64,000 nt of DNA from Camelus dromedarius (taxonomy: Eukaryota). The notes beneath the pieces were generated by a model, which was not told the origin of the DNA, ran no database searches, and saw only the letters and a program-made list of their open reading frames with translations. Positions 13,267 to 26,247 of the stretch are shown in pieces. Each line of letters begins with the position of its first letter. Position 1 is the first letter of the stretch. The position numbers and the translations under genes were made by a program. The stretch lies in assembly GCF_036321535.1 (NCBI RefSeq), contig NC_087437.1, positions 82,214,001 to 82,278,000 on the forward strand, in the 5' to 3' direction.

Positions 13267-13689
13267 ACATACACATCAAGAGAGACTGGATATGTCACAA
13301 CTGGAGAAAGAAAGAAGGCAAATAATCTAGCATCCCAAACGCAGTGAAAAGAAGGTGTCTTCACTGATAGACTTAACAGTCCCCTACTTTTATCTTTAAA
13401 AGCTGATTCCAAGTGGGTTTACCCATTGCCACAGGACAACAAGATGACTAAATTTAACATTAGGCTGACTATCCATGAGTGACAGGATCATAAGTGTGTA
13501 ATCCCATTCAGTATTTCAGGTAGTCATACCTGAGGTGCAACAAGAGATATGACCATTATTACTCAAATTCTTCTTTGGTTCAGAAATTTCCTATAATGCT
13601 TATGACTTAAAAATATTTGTTTATTTTTCCCCTCTGGTAATTATTGCTAATACCAGTTATTTGCTACACAAAAATTAATTTATCGATTT

Positions 13690-13815
13690 ATTTATTTCAC
13701 TCTCCCATTGGATTATAAGGTTCTTCAGACTGGACATTCCTGTCTTTTTCACTTTTGTATCATCAAAACCTAACACTATGCCTGGCACACAGTTGCTGCT
13801 TAATAAATATTTTTT
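13690..13815 (+). mobile_element. L2 3' end
   Basis: 'aacactatgcctggcacacagttgctgcttaataaatattt'. Confidence 0.7.
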
Positions 13816-15389
13816 AAACAGTGTGGTAGTGAAGCCAGCTCATCTCAGTTTTCCACCATGAACCTTGCGACATTTATCTCATTCAAGTTCTGAGTCTCAG
13901 ATTTTTTTAATGTGAAAATTCAGAAGTTCAGACCTAACATAGCTCAATTCAGCTTCAGTAGTTTTTGTATCTCATTTTTTCTCTTTAAAAATAAGATTTA
14001 ATGATATGTGTGAGATTGTATTATATTTTAGAAGATGACTTGATCTTCAATGTATTTCTATATTCTGGTATATTTTTAACTCTGAAGTGCAAAAAGTAGT
14101 TACAGCAAGAATAGTGTATCTTTGACTTTTAGAAATAATGCTTCTACTTAAAAAAAAAAACAACAACCCTAAAAGACTAAATAATGAGAACACAAAAACT
14201 GGAAGGAACTCATGAAAAATTGAAATCAGTTTTAAAAAGGGCATTTGATGACATGTAGCATGACATTTAGCAGCTTTCTTAATTAAGTGGACTGAAAACC
14301 AGATAACACAATTTTAGGCAGGAATTTCTTTTTCCTTGCTGACAGGAAACATTTGTTTTGTCTTAGCCAGACAGTCTAAAAAATTCTATTTATAATAGCT
14401 TTGCCAAAGTGAAAAAAGTGAAAGAGGCCTACAAATTCTCATTCACTTCTGTTTTTTAAAAATTTGCTGTATTATCTTTTCAAATGTTTATTTCTTTCGC
14501 TGAGTGTTTAGCTGATAGGTAAATCATGATTCAGTTCTTCAAAGACTGATGGACAAGGCATTTGCCATTTTCTGGGCCAGTACATATGGAGAAGAAAATT
14601 CTTATTAAGCATGTTAGATAACTCTTGATAAAGCCAGTTAACTATCAGTTGGAGCTACTTTTCCTTCCTCTCCATCCTCTTCCTTAAGACTTATTTCTCC
14701 ATGTCCAAAAAGCCTAGGCACAGATGACACTGAAAGTTGGTTATTTAAATGAAGAGTAGATGATGAACACTTTTCTTTTATGTAAGACTTGTACTCTTCA
14801 TCTGTCCATCTATAGACATTTCGTTCCTTCTGTTTTTACTCTGTATAGACACCCTCTGAAACACTGATTGCAAGAAGGAATTAACATTCCTTGTGGTGTC
14901 TCAATATAATATTTTGGTATCTCCCCTGAAGCACTTCCTGTCCTGTTATTTCCCACCAGAAGAAAGGGATAAGAAACAATGATCAAATTCACACTAAAGT
15001 ACTGACAATAAATTATTATTATAATTTAAAGTTTCCTCAGACAGAGGAAAACTTGCTCCCTATGGTCAACAACAGATGACCTTCTGAGGGAGGTTGCAGC
15101 ATCTCTATTTAAGGGAATCTTTAAAATGATTCAAAAAACCATTCGTTTAGGTAGAATAATTTTGGAAGAAAAAGTTAAAGAAGATGAAGCTTTCTGATAC
15201 TTCTTTTTTTCTTCACTATGCAGAATACAAAAGTAGTTACAAAGTATGCGGGCATACTCTTTTTTGTTATAGATAAAACCAGCAATAGTAATTTACCAAT
15301 AATACCTCTTGCAATGAAGTGAAATAATGCCATGGCTTAGAGCATAGAGCCTAAAGGAATAGTTTAGGGCACTCAGAGCTCATTTAGGT

Positions 15390-15645
15390 GACAGCATATT
15401 GCAGCAGTTAGAGCGAGGGCTTTGGAACTAAATAAATGAGGGTTTAGATTCATGTTCTATCATTGACTGGTCAGGTCACATGCTGTGCAATTTACTGAAC
15501 CTACCAAATCTGTGTCTTCATCTACCAAATGCAGATTATGATTCCTTTCATGTTGAGTTATTGTGAATACAAAGTAAAATAGTAACATGGTAAATGCTCT
15601 CCATGGAACCTGGTACAGAGCAGACAGTAAGTGGACAATTTATTA
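15390..15645 (+). mobile_element. MIR SINE
   Basis: 'gcagcagttagagcgagggctttggaac...tgtgtcttcatctaccaaatg...cctggtacagagcag'. Confidence 0.65.
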
Positions 15646-16276
15646 GCCTGACCTTAAACTGACAGATGAGAAAAATGAAGACTAGAGGTTAAGACTTGCC
15701 AAGGGATGTGTGGTTAATTACAGAACTTTTGCTGGAAGAAAGGGTATTTCTTCCATAAACTCAAAGTTTTGTTTTACATCTATGTTTCAGTTAAATTATC
15801 ATAGCATTTGTTTGAGAAATATAGATGTCCCTTATTACTGAAAGAGCAAGCAAAGTATAGAGAGGGAAATTGGGTTATATAAGGATGTGAAAAAAGTCTC
15901 AATGGAAAGCTGGAAATTTAATTAATCCACCCTTCCCAATAACTTACCACACTAATCTGAATTTTTGTTCCCTGAATGCGTATATTACAGAGGGATGCAT
16001 CTAATGTGTTCATTGAGGATCCAAAACTGTTGAAACTGTGAATATAAAAGCAAAACCACATGGACTGCTCCACTTTATCTGAGTTGTGGCAGAGAGAAAA
16101 CCCAGTGGCAAGGCCCACAATGTGAACTGAATCTCAAGGGGGGAGGATCCTTAAGTATCTGTGATTTGTGGCAGAATGTTTCCATTTTGAGACTCTGGTG
16201 ACATTAGGTTTCAGGAGCCAATGAGACATTTTGAAGCCCAAGATGCTTGCCACAAACAGAGATAAAAGACAGTCTA

Positions 16277-16416
16277 GGGGCAGGGTGGGGAGAGAGGGTA
16301 TAGCTTAAGTGGTAGAGTGCATGCTTAGCATGCATGAGGTCCTGAGTTCAATTGCCAGTACTGCCATTAAAAATAAACAAATAAACCTAATTACCACCTT
16401 TCCCCCCTAAAAAAAA
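16277..16416 (+). mobile_element. Camelid vic-1-like tRNA-Ala-derived SINE
   Basis: A box 'tagcttaagtggtaga', anticodon arm 'gcatgcttagcatgc', B box 'gagttcaatt', tail 'aaataaacctaattacc', A-tail; TSD aaagacagtct / aaaaacagtct. Confidence 0.88.
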
Positions 16417-16849
16417 CAGTCTCATCATCAAGTGCTTCTGTTTTTAATTTCTCCCTGAGCGTGTGTTTAATTTAAAAAATATTTTTCTTGTCCTTCATTT
16501 GGGAGATTTTCTGATGATTGGAGCATTTGGAGAATTCCAGCCCTGAACCCTGTGAAGGTACAGAGTAGGGTTTAGAAATTCCTGCATGGGTCTGAAGTCT
16601 CCATGATCCATCAGGATTCATAACTTGATACCCACAATCTTCTTTCAGCAGCTTTCAGGCTGATGTCTAGAATTTCTGGTCAACATCTTAAGTACCTAAT
16701 TCTGTATCAAGAATTTAAGAAGTATCTATTTAGTGTCTCTATAAGTACGTATAGAACAAGGCATATACTAAGACCAGAGAGAGTTGTAAATAAAAAAGAC
16801 AATCTTTTTTGTAGCATAAATAACAGGATGTTGATGGGACTTCTCTTGT

Positions 16850-17825
16850 TGTACTGAAATTGATGTGTTGGGTCCCAGTTGAAAACCCAAAGGTGGTTAA
16901 TCTAAAAAGATTCACCAGTTTCTCCTCACACCTCAATATGGCCTTACTAAGAGATCCCAGAAGTACCAGCTCTGTGGCAACCATACTTAACATTTCTTCT
17001 TCTTCCCCCCACCTCAACCCCCTCCCCAATCTGAGAAAGTGAGAAAGAACTTCTCCCCAAGAAGATGGGGAAAGTTGGGGACTGAGAACATCAGCCTGTG
17101 GAGGAGTGTGAGTTCATGGTGAGCAGCTTTTCCTGTGGAAGGGAGATTGGGAGGTGGTGGGTCCTCTGTACTCTTCAAAGCCAAGTGAGAGGCTGGGGCC
17201 AGAAAGGTGAGGGACTTCAAAAATCTCTTATAGAAGTTGAAAATGCCTGCAAGAAGGGAAGCCCGGTACCTGCTCCCTAGATTTCTAATCTGAGAAATGG
17301 GAATACTGAGGAGGATGAGGGGACATGGGACAGCTCCTGGGTCCACTTTTGGATATGGTGAGGATGTGTTAGTTTCTTGGGAGTCAGATGTACTTCAGAG
17401 AAGGTAAATGTTACCCAGCAAAGATGCTTTAATCAATGGAAAAAGCACTTCAACTATAGCAGGTTAAGTAAAACAAAACAAAACAAAAGCTAGTCCATTT
17501 CTTCTCCCTCCTCTTACCCCAAGCATGTAAGGAGCTAGGACTCCAAAAGAGGGAAATGAGAAAAGGGGTGTTGAAACCAGAGCTGGGGCATCCCCAGCAT
17601 CCACAGCAGGGTGCTGAGCTAGAGGAGGGGTGGAAGAGCAGAGGGAGAGGGGAAAGATTTGCACTGGATTTGAGGTTGAAGTTTTAAACTGGATTGAGTC
17701 TCTAATTGCTGAGAGTGACCAGGAAAATACAGAATCTAGCCAAGATGTCATTAAAGGACAGCCAAAGATGATTCAGAAGAGCCAGTCTTAGAGCTGCCAT
17801 TAGAAGAAAACAACCTTGTTACGGT
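16850..17825. mobile_element. Possible ancient LTR (LTR78/MamGypLTR-like)
   Basis: Purine-rich block containing 'gaagttttaaactggattgag', reminiscent of ancient eutherian LTRs; termini not confirmed. Confidence 0.3.
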
Positions 17826-17990
17826 CATTCACTCGATAGTAGTAGTTGAGGGCCTACATTTTACCTGGCACTGCTGCAGGCCTTGGGGCAACACCAAGTA
17901 GGGAACGAAATAAAGACTCTGCTTTTTAGAGCTTACATTCAAATGGGGTAAGACAAACAACAAACAACAAACAGTCAACAGCATAGTTGC
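17826..17990 (-). mobile_element. L2 3' fragment
   Basis: 'cattcactcg...gttgagggcctac...ctggcactg...tagagcttacattc'. Confidence 0.6.
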
Positions 17991-19239
17991 ATGTTGGATT
18001 CTACATAACCTTATCCTTTCTATGATGGGAGAACATTCATTCAGTGCGATAGAATTCTACATAGACCCCATGGATAGACTCAGCTCTGAGGTTGCTGCCA
18101 TATTCAATGAGTTTGTGGTAATTAGATCTGGACCTTTTTATTTTGGAACCAACAAATCAATGAATTGTGATGAAATGTCCATTGTATACAGAAAATTGTG
18201 TTAGAGGAATTTATGGAATGAGGCAGGATTAGGAAAAAAATTAACTGTTTTTTCTTACATGTATAAGGAAGTTAAAAAAATCTATATTATGTTAAATATC
18301 TATATCATAGAATTAAAAAAATTTTTAAAGAAACCTGGCTTCAATAAGGGATCCAGGTATATTCTTTTCTGTGTGGGAAAAAAAATCTCACCATCTCCAT
18401 CCCTTTTTTACCTAGTTTGTTTTCTTCAGTGTAGAGTTTTCATGATTTCAGAAGTCAATTATAGGGGAAAAACTGACAGCTTACATTGGGATTTGGTACA
18501 TTTACAGAGCGTAGAGCAGTGAAAAGACAAAACAAAATTTCACCACCACCGCTCTGATCAGAATTCTTTTTAGCATATTTAAAAGACACAACTGTCTATT
18601 TGCTTGAGCTCTGCAGGTCAACATAGAGAAACATTATGGAAATAGGGGACAAAAATTTTGAGGGGACTTAGGGAAGCCAGAGCCCTACGACCTTGGCATG
18701 TGCAGTGCCTGAGGAAACTAATGAAAATGTACTCCAAAGACTTTTAGAGGGACACTTTGTGTTTGATGTGCTGGTTAGTAACAGAGAGGAGTGGGCTATG
18801 GTGGAGGCTGACTCTCATGAGGAATAAATATTCCTCATTATTCTTGGGTCTTATGATCAAATATCTGATGCCTTTACATCTGGACTTGGCAGAGTGGATT
18901 CTCCTACCTACCTTGAGGGAAAACATGGCACCAGCGAGGAAGTTGAAAGAATGCCTCCCAGTCTGAGATGCCATTGTTTCTTTACTTTGAGCAGCTGAAT
19001 CATGGGGGCTTGGTTACTCCTTGCCTGAGCCTTGCCCTCTCCAGCAGCCATAGACACAATTGAAAGGCAGAATTCTTGGAAAGCTAGTGAGTAGTGGGCA
19101 AAATGATCTGTTTCATGATTTCAAAGCTGAGTTGATGTGATTCAGTGAAAAGAGATCTTTGGAAAACCTTGAAGTCTGAGATAAGGCACCCCTAACTTAG
19201 AGAACTGGGCTCCCCTGAGCACACTGCAGTTCCTTTACC

Positions 19240-19395
19240 AAAACACTGTCCACATTGTCTTGTAATTACTTGTTTTCTTGACCTCATTCAACTGAATAGG
19301 GACCTTGTTTATTTTGCTGATCAATGAATCCCCAGAGCCGGGTATAGTTCTGACTCATAATGTGTACTTAATAATTATTTCCTGACTGAATAGAG
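19240..19395 (+). mobile_element. L2 3' end
   Basis: 'tagggaccttgtttattttgctgatcaatgaatccccagagcc...tacttaataattattt'. Confidence 0.65.
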
Positions 19396-19699
19396 GAATG
19401 AAGAGTGACTTAGGTCTGTGGGGTTCAGCTCTGTTATACGGGTTTGCAGTGGAAGCTGTCCTTCCCATAGCAGTAGTAAAGGGTGGCATAGACATTCTGT
19501 AGAGGCAGAGTGGACAAATCAGGCTGCCTGATTATACACTGACTCATCTGTATGCTGTCCTTCAAGCACACAGCTCAGATCAATGGCCTCTGTTCAGATC
19601 TTTGTCTGGGAGAAGTGATCGTTGGCTATTTTTAGGCTCAGTCACATTTTGTTGTGAGGTACACCATGCATGTATGAGCCAGAAATGAATAAACACAGA

Positions 19700-19850
19700 C
19701 CAAGGGAATTTACAGAAACATTTAAAGATGAAAATGCAAATGCCAGTGAGGTTAAGAACCTAAGGTCACACAGCCAGCTAGTGCCAGAAACGGAGCTCCT
19801 ACTGGCTGTCTGGACTCCAAGTGTAGCACTGTTTCCACTCTGCCACTGAC
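19700..19850 (-). mobile_element. MIR fragment
   Basis: 'gaggttaagaacctaaggtcacacagccagctagt...ctgtctggactccaa'. Confidence 0.7.
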
Positions 19851-20271
19851 TAGTATCCCTCTTTGGGGGAAACATACAAAATATTACTGTTTTTCACTTT
19901 GATGGCTGAAAAGTATTCCAACAGTTTTGAATCACTTAATTGTTGTAGTTCCCACTTCTCTCCAAGGCAGCTTAACATCTACCCTGATGAACATCAATAA
20001 AAGCTGATAAGTTGCTTGCTTAAATTTACAATAGTTATACATGATTGTGGAACATTTTTCAATCAATTCAAAAGTGTGGAGATAAAAAGTATAAGCACTG
20101 CCCCCCGCAACCTCCTCACTCTCCACCATTTTCCAGAGGATAACCCCAGTTAGCAGTTTGATGTGTACCATTCAGTCCTTTATATATTCATATACACACA
20201 CACCCACTTTTATACACAGATGCATAGGTACATGGGTATAGCTTTTATAATATGAAAAAAAATGAGATCAT

Positions 20272-20745
20272 TGTTATGGGTTGAATTGTGTCCCCCCAGA
20301 ATTCATATGTTGAACTCCTAACCTCCAGTGCCTTAGAATGTGACCTTATTTGGAAATAAGTTTGTTGCAGATGTAATTAGTTAAAGTGAGGTCATACCAG
20401 AGTAGGGTAGACCCCTAATCCAATATGACTGGTGTCTTTATAAAAAGGGGAAATTTGGGCACAGAGATAAACATGCACACAGAAAATATTATGTAAAGAT
20501 GAAGGCAGGGATTAGAGTGATGCATCGTCTAGAAGTGAAGGAACACGAAAAATTGCCAGGAAACCATCAGAAGCTAGGAGAGAGGCATGAAACATAGTCT
20601 CTCTCACAGCCCTCTGAAGGGACTAACTTCTCTGACATCTTGGTCTTAGCCTTCTGGCCTCCAGAGTGTGAGAGAATACATTTCTGTTGTTCTAAGTCAT
20701 CTAGTCTGTGGTACTTTCTTAAGGCAGCTCTGGCAAACTAATACA
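20272..20745 (+). mobile_element. MLT1 (MLT1C-like) MaLR solo LTR, near full length
   Basis: TG start 'tgttatgggttgaattgtgtcccccca', 'gaatgtgaccttatttggaaata', end 'ggcagctctggcaaactaataca'. Confidence 0.9.
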
Positions 20746-20944
20746 GTTTTATAAGCGTGTTGTCCTGAAAACTGCTTTTTCACTCAAAACATGGATCCTG
20801 CATGTCCTTCTAAGTTAATACATTTATATATACAACTTTTTTTTTCAATGGTTGCATGGAATTCTACCCAATGGCTGCTTCCCATTTGAAGGATTTGCAT
20901 GTTTTCTATTTTTCACTATTACTGTAATTAACAGCATGATTCTT

Positions 20945-21929
20945 TTTTTAAAAATACACATAACAGAAAATTTACCATCTTAATCATTTTTGCCTGTACT
21001 GGTTAGTAGTGTTAAGCACACTCATATTGTTGTACAGTCCATCTCCAAAACTCTTTCCATCCTGCAAAATTGTCATTGTATACCCATTAAATAATAACTC
21101 TCCATTCTCTCCTCCCCTCAGCCCCTGGTGACCACCCATTCTATTTTCTGTCTCTAAGAATTTCACTACTCTAGGTAGCTCATGTAAATGGAATCATACA
21201 ATATTTATCTTTTTGTGACTGACGTTTCATTTAGCATAATGTCCTCAAGTTTCATCTGTGTTGTAACGTGTATCAGAATTCCCTCCTTTTTAAGGCTGAA
21301 TAATATTTCATTGTATGTGTATACTACATTTTGTTTATCCATTTATCCTTCCATCAGTGGACACTTGGGTTGTTTTCACCTTGGTTATTCTGAATAGTGC
21401 TGCTATGTAGCAAACCTGGATGTAAAAATATATATTTGAGACAATGTTTCCAATTATTTTGGGTATATACTCAGAGATGGAATTTCTGGGTCATATGGTA
21501 GTTCTATTTTTAATTTTTGAGGAACCGCCATACTGTTTTCCATAGAAGTTATGCCATTTTTCATTCTCACCAACAATTCACAGGGTTCCAATTTCTCTAT
21601 ATCCTCGCCAATATTTATTTCCTGTTGTTTTTTTTTTTAAATAGTAGCCATGCTAATGAGTGTGAGATGGCATCTCATTGTGGTTTTAATTTGCATTTCC
21701 TTAATGTATGTTGAGCATCTTTTTTCATGTATGTGTTGGCCATTTGTGTATCTTCTTTGCAGAAATGTCTGGTCAATCCTTTGCCCATTTTTAAATTGGT
21801 TTGTTTACTTTTTGTTGTTGAATTGTAGAAGTTCTCTGGATATTAACTCCTTATCAGATATGTGGTTTGCAAATATTTACCCCCATTCCTTAGGTTGCCT
21901 TTTTACTCTGTTGACTGTGTCCTTTGATG
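20945..21929 (-). mobile_element. 5'-truncated L1 (L1MB-like)
   Basis: 'aaaatttaccatcttaatcattttt', 'gtggacacttgggttgttt', 'catctcattgtggttttaatttgcatttcc'; TSD aacagcatgattctt (20930-20944) / aacatcattattctt (21930-21944). Confidence 0.9.
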
Positions 21930-23999
21930 AACATCATTATTCTTATATTCTAAGACAACATGTGAGTATATCTGTAGGATAGATTCTTGGGGTGAAATTA
22001 CTAGTTCAACTTCAGAGAGTTTTACCAGTTTAGATGATCATTCCCCTGTCTCCATTCCCTTGTCAATACTGCATAGTTGATCTGTTTTAAAAATTGCCAT
22101 AGACACAGACATTGCAAAGGATATTTATATACATAGCTACTCTGTTCTTCAAACAGTAAAAGCCTATTACATCACAATTGGCTATTAAACAAATTTAGGT
22201 CAAATCAGGTCCCCTGGAACTTTAACACATCCATGTAGTAGAAACCTATAATTTAGAAATTTGGTTCTGCCCCTGGCCCTAAGGTAAAAAGCTTTTACTT
22301 AATTTTACTAAAAGCTCTATAATTAGTTCTTTTATATCAAGTGATTTACTTTAATGAATGGTGACATTTTATAAGTTGAGTAAATAAATCTGCTCCAATT
22401 CATAGCTAGAGAAATTATAGGAGAAGCCAGTGTGCCAAAATGATTCTGTGTGTGCCAAGGATTTAATCTCTTAGCGCAGAATCCTTCCCATTGCCAGGCC
22501 CACTGCACCACCATAGACTTCCAGTTTCATGGCTGGGAAGACCAAGAGGAACATTTGACACTAAGAAGAAGGAAGATGATAACCCACAGATTTAGTGGGA
22601 GTTGTGTCACTGCAATTGAGAAAAAGACCTGGCCCAGGATAATACTTCCTTTGTAGTTATATATTTTTTAAAATAATAATTATAGGAAGATAATCATGGT
22701 TTTAGATCATGGGATCAGAGTGGGCAAAGGCACCCACTCCACCCTTAAATCATACCACCCATGTAAAGGCATATGAGGTCTGCACACTGACATTAGGGAG
22801 GTTACACAAAGTCATGGTGCCCTGACATATTTCCTCTTCTTTCCCTGCTAGAACTTTCTGTAAAGAGCACTTGTGAGAGATGAACCACGCTTGTGGATGA
22901 GCACTTGTCCTCTTTGTATGATTCCATGTAGGGACCTAAGTGTCTCGCTGTTCCTAAGAGCCTCTACTGCAGTTTATTAAAAGCCAGAGAAGTGGAGCTG
23001 GTGTTTCCATACAGCTTTTCTGGTTTATTGGCTCTATTTTCTTGTAAAAATATGTTTTCAATTACACTTAAAACATTTGATTCAAATGACTTTGGGAAAG
23101 TCAAAATGTATTGTTTTTCCTGCCCACATCACATACGTTCTGGTTTACAGGGGACTTAAGGTACTGTGTACTGACATTAAAGGGCCGTGATAGACCAAAG
23201 TCTCAGGATAAAGGTGAAGAGTAATCTTAAGCTATAAATAATAGAATAGTAACAAAAATCAGTGTTTATTCTGGATTCATTGTGAGCATGACAGATTACA
23301 GGCATGACCATAAATGACAAAACTGTATGTAGAAGCAAAGAAAAAAATGAGACTCCTTAGAACACAAGATCAAAACAGGAAATGTTGGTTTGAGGTGAAC
23401 CTCTTTTCCTGAGATAGAACTTTCTAGATATTTTTTTCAGTCATCCATATCTAATTATTTTTCTTGGACAATAATGCAAAATTGGAAAGAGTTTTAAAAA
23501 CCACAGGCTTAGGGGGACTAAAGGGGACATTTTTGTTTTCCTCAGAGGAGTAATAGCTTACAATGAATTCTTCATAGTTGTTATTATTATTATTAGCCCT
23601 TTGTCCAGGTCATGGACAAGGCAATATTGTTTTATTGAATGTTGGTTAAATATTCATCTGTCCAGACAAGTTGCATGGATGGATTATACAAGGCCATGCC
23701 CCAAATAGGAGAAGGGAGGCCCAAGTGAGGAGTTAAGTGGGAGTTATGACTAAAGTGCCATGAAAGCACCACCCTCCCCCGACCCTGTACACACGACCTT
23801 TGTTGTAACTTCTAAGGGCCAAATATGGACCAGCTGTGGGTTAGTTCATTATGAATGCATCAGGGCAAAGATATCCTTATCTACAAGTCATAAACCATGT
23901 GTAGAGCAACTGGGGGCTCACAATACTGAACTAGACACCACCAGGAAATGTGTTTGCTTCCCGCTCTTGTTCTGCCTATACTACCTGCTATTGTCATTG

Positions 24000-24160
24000 T
24001 CCCCACTTCTAACCTAGGACTTTAAGGTGCATGAGTATCCCCTGCGATGCTGGTTAAAAATGCAGATTTCTGGCCCCAACCCGTGAGATTCTGAGTCAGC
24101 AGGACTACTGGGGATGCAGAATCCTGAGGCAGGTAGTCCCTGTACCACACCATCACGCTC
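24000..24160. mobile_element. MER5-family hAT-Charlie MITE
   Basis: 'ggttaaaaatgcagatttctggcccc...gagattctgagtcagcagg'. Confidence 0.7.
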
Positions 24161-24419
24161 TGGGCAAGTTTGCCCAGGATGAGCATGAGAGACTTGCGTG
24201 GGTGTTGTGGTGATCAAATTTTGTTTGTGTATGGATAAGGGCCTGCCTTAGACCTTTTCTCTCCACCTTGCACTGTTGGTTGTTAAGGACTTCTTGATTT
24301 CTGACTTGTTTGGCCAGACTTTGGACCACTTACTTTTTCTAGAACCCTGGTTGATCCTTGAATCTGCTGCTTTGGCTCTGATAGCTGTGCTTCTTTGATT
24401 ATGATTTCTGTATCCTTCA

Positions 24420-25060
24420 CTAATTCCTTCATTCAACAAATATTGAGTGACTGCACTCGGTCTTAGGCTCAGCGCTGGGAACATACTGCTTAGTAAGACA
24501 GACTCAATTCAGACCATAATGGGGTTTGCAGACCAGGAGAGATAAAAGTTAATTAAAGAGTTACAGTGAGAGTGTTGGATGCTGCGGCAATGTGTGAGAG
24601 TATGGCAGAGCCTCCTAATCCAGTTCTGAATTTCAAGGAAGGTTTCTGAGAATGCTTAGGGAGTTGGGAGGTGATGAGAAGGCAGAGTGTTTCAGGCAAA
24701 AAGACAGAACAGTGTGAATGAAAGCTAAAACATATGAGATACGGTACTCTAAGAGGAAACTGTAACTGTAGTGCAGAGTTGGGTTGTTGACGGCAGGTGG
24801 TGTGGAAAGAAATGGAGCTGGGAAGATGAGCAGGTCCAGACCATGGAAAGACCTTGTAAATCCTGTGATGGGGTTTGGACTCCAATTTGAGGGCCATGAA
24901 ATATCTCTGAAGGTCTTTAAACAGGAATGAGTCACAATCTGATCTGTGCTAAGAAAGAACGCTATAGCTTCAATGGGCAGACCGTGCACATGGTCCAGAG
25001 TGAGGTCCCCAGAAGGCAGGAGGGGTAGGATGAGGAGCACATGAGAACATGTCAAGGAAG
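24420..25060 (-). mobile_element. L2 fragment
   Basis: 'ttcattcaacaaatattgagtg', 'gaaggtctttaaacaggaatgagtcacaatctgatctgtg'. Confidence 0.8.
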
Positions 25061-25334
25061 ACACTCAGGAAGAGAAGCTTCTGGAACAGGAGGGACAGAA
25101 TGGCCTGGAGGTAAAATGTGTATTTGGTAACAGTGAGCTGAGAGTGCTTCTAAGAAAACTTCCTCTCAAGGAGAAAAGAATAAAGACACTTTTGAGATGT
25201 TCTTAGAGCACTTTAGGTAATGAGATTTTAGTACTGAGATAAATTCTTCAATTGGGTGACAAATAAGAACAGCCAACTGCTCAATATTATCAGCCAAAGA
25301 ATGACACTAGATATTTTAAAATGTACTAAATAGT

Positions 25335-25762
25335 GTGAAAAAAAGAACCCTCCTACACTGTTGGTAGGAACATTATTTGGTGTAGCCACTGTGGAAAACA
25401 ATATGGAGATTCCCTTAAAAAGCTGAAAATAGAGTTACCATATGATTCAGCAATCCCATGCCTGGGCACATATCCAGAGAAACTTTAATTTGAAAAGATA
25501 CATGCACCCCAATGTTGATTGCAGCACTATTTACAATAGTCAAGAAATGAAAACAATCTAAGTGTCCATCAACAGATGACTGGATAAAGAAGTTGTGGTG
25601 TATAGAAACAATGGAATACTAATATTTTATATTTATATTTATATTTATATTTATATTTATATTTATATTTATATTTATATTTATATTTATATATCTGAAT
25701 CACTATGCTGTATACCAGAAACTAACACAGCATTGTAAATGAACTAAACTTCAATTAAAAAA
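25335..25762 (+). mobile_element. Younger L1 3' fragment with internal deletion
   Basis: 'gaaccctcctacactgttggt...aatagagttaccatatgattcagcaatccca', 3' end 'aacttcaattaaaaaa'; degenerate TSD aaatagtgtgaaaa / aaaaagtatgaaaa. Confidence 0.9.
25629..25688. repeat. (ATATTT)10 microsatellite inside L1
   Basis: Ten perfect hexamer units counted. Confidence 0.95.
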
Positions 25763-26247
25763 GTATGAAAATTTAGTATGTGTCTTTTTCAGATTATAAG
25801 AATCTTTTAAGAATTAAAACAAGAAACAAAACAGAACTACAAAATACTGAGAAGTCAGCAGCATACTAGGTCTCACACATGAATTAATGTGCATGAAAGC
25901 CCTCCACACACTATAAAGTTGTATGAATATATTAGATTGTGATAAGCTTTAAGAAAGCAGCATCCAAGAAAGCAAAAAGCAAGACAGCTGATCAACCTTG
26001 GGGTATAATAACCAACTGCAATATCAGAAATCTCTCAGTGAAGACCCTCAGTGTGCCTTGAGCTTTCTGAACCACATGGAACTGTTCTTCCCAAAGAAGG
26101 ATGGAGCCAGCTTTTCTAGGCACAAAGCTATATGCCATTTTCCCATTTGCCCTAAAAGCAAGTTCAAAATGAGACAACATCTTAAGGCTTGAATGAATAA
26201 GCTCTGAAAAAGAAACTCGATTCAAGATTTCACTGAAAGGCAAAGTT

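Larger units (their letters stand above)
20010..22080 (-). mobile_element. Old L1ME-type 3' fragment split by MLT1 and L1MB insertions
   Basis: L1ME-like motifs at 20010-20270 ('ccagaggataaccccagttagcagtttg'), 20746-20930 ('ctgctttttcactcaa') and 21945-22080 ('tatatctgtaggatagattcttgg'). Confidence 0.55.

Noticed and set aside
16295..16370. tRNA-Ala(AGC) gene (also the similar heads at 29840 and 33560)
   Set aside because: The tRNA-like head is followed by a shared SINE tail, an A-rich end and TSDs, and the stems are mismatched, so these are SINEs.
18817..18838. Perfect 10-bp inverted repeat ATGAGGAATA-AA-TATTCCTCAT
   Set aside because: About one such hairpin is plausible by chance in 64 kb of AT-rich DNA; too short for a pre-miRNA and no other support.
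18911..18974. Minus-strand ATG-to-donor segment MASQTGRHSFNFLAGAMFSLK|gtaggt
   Set aside because: No promoter evidence, no partner exon found, no recognised homology.
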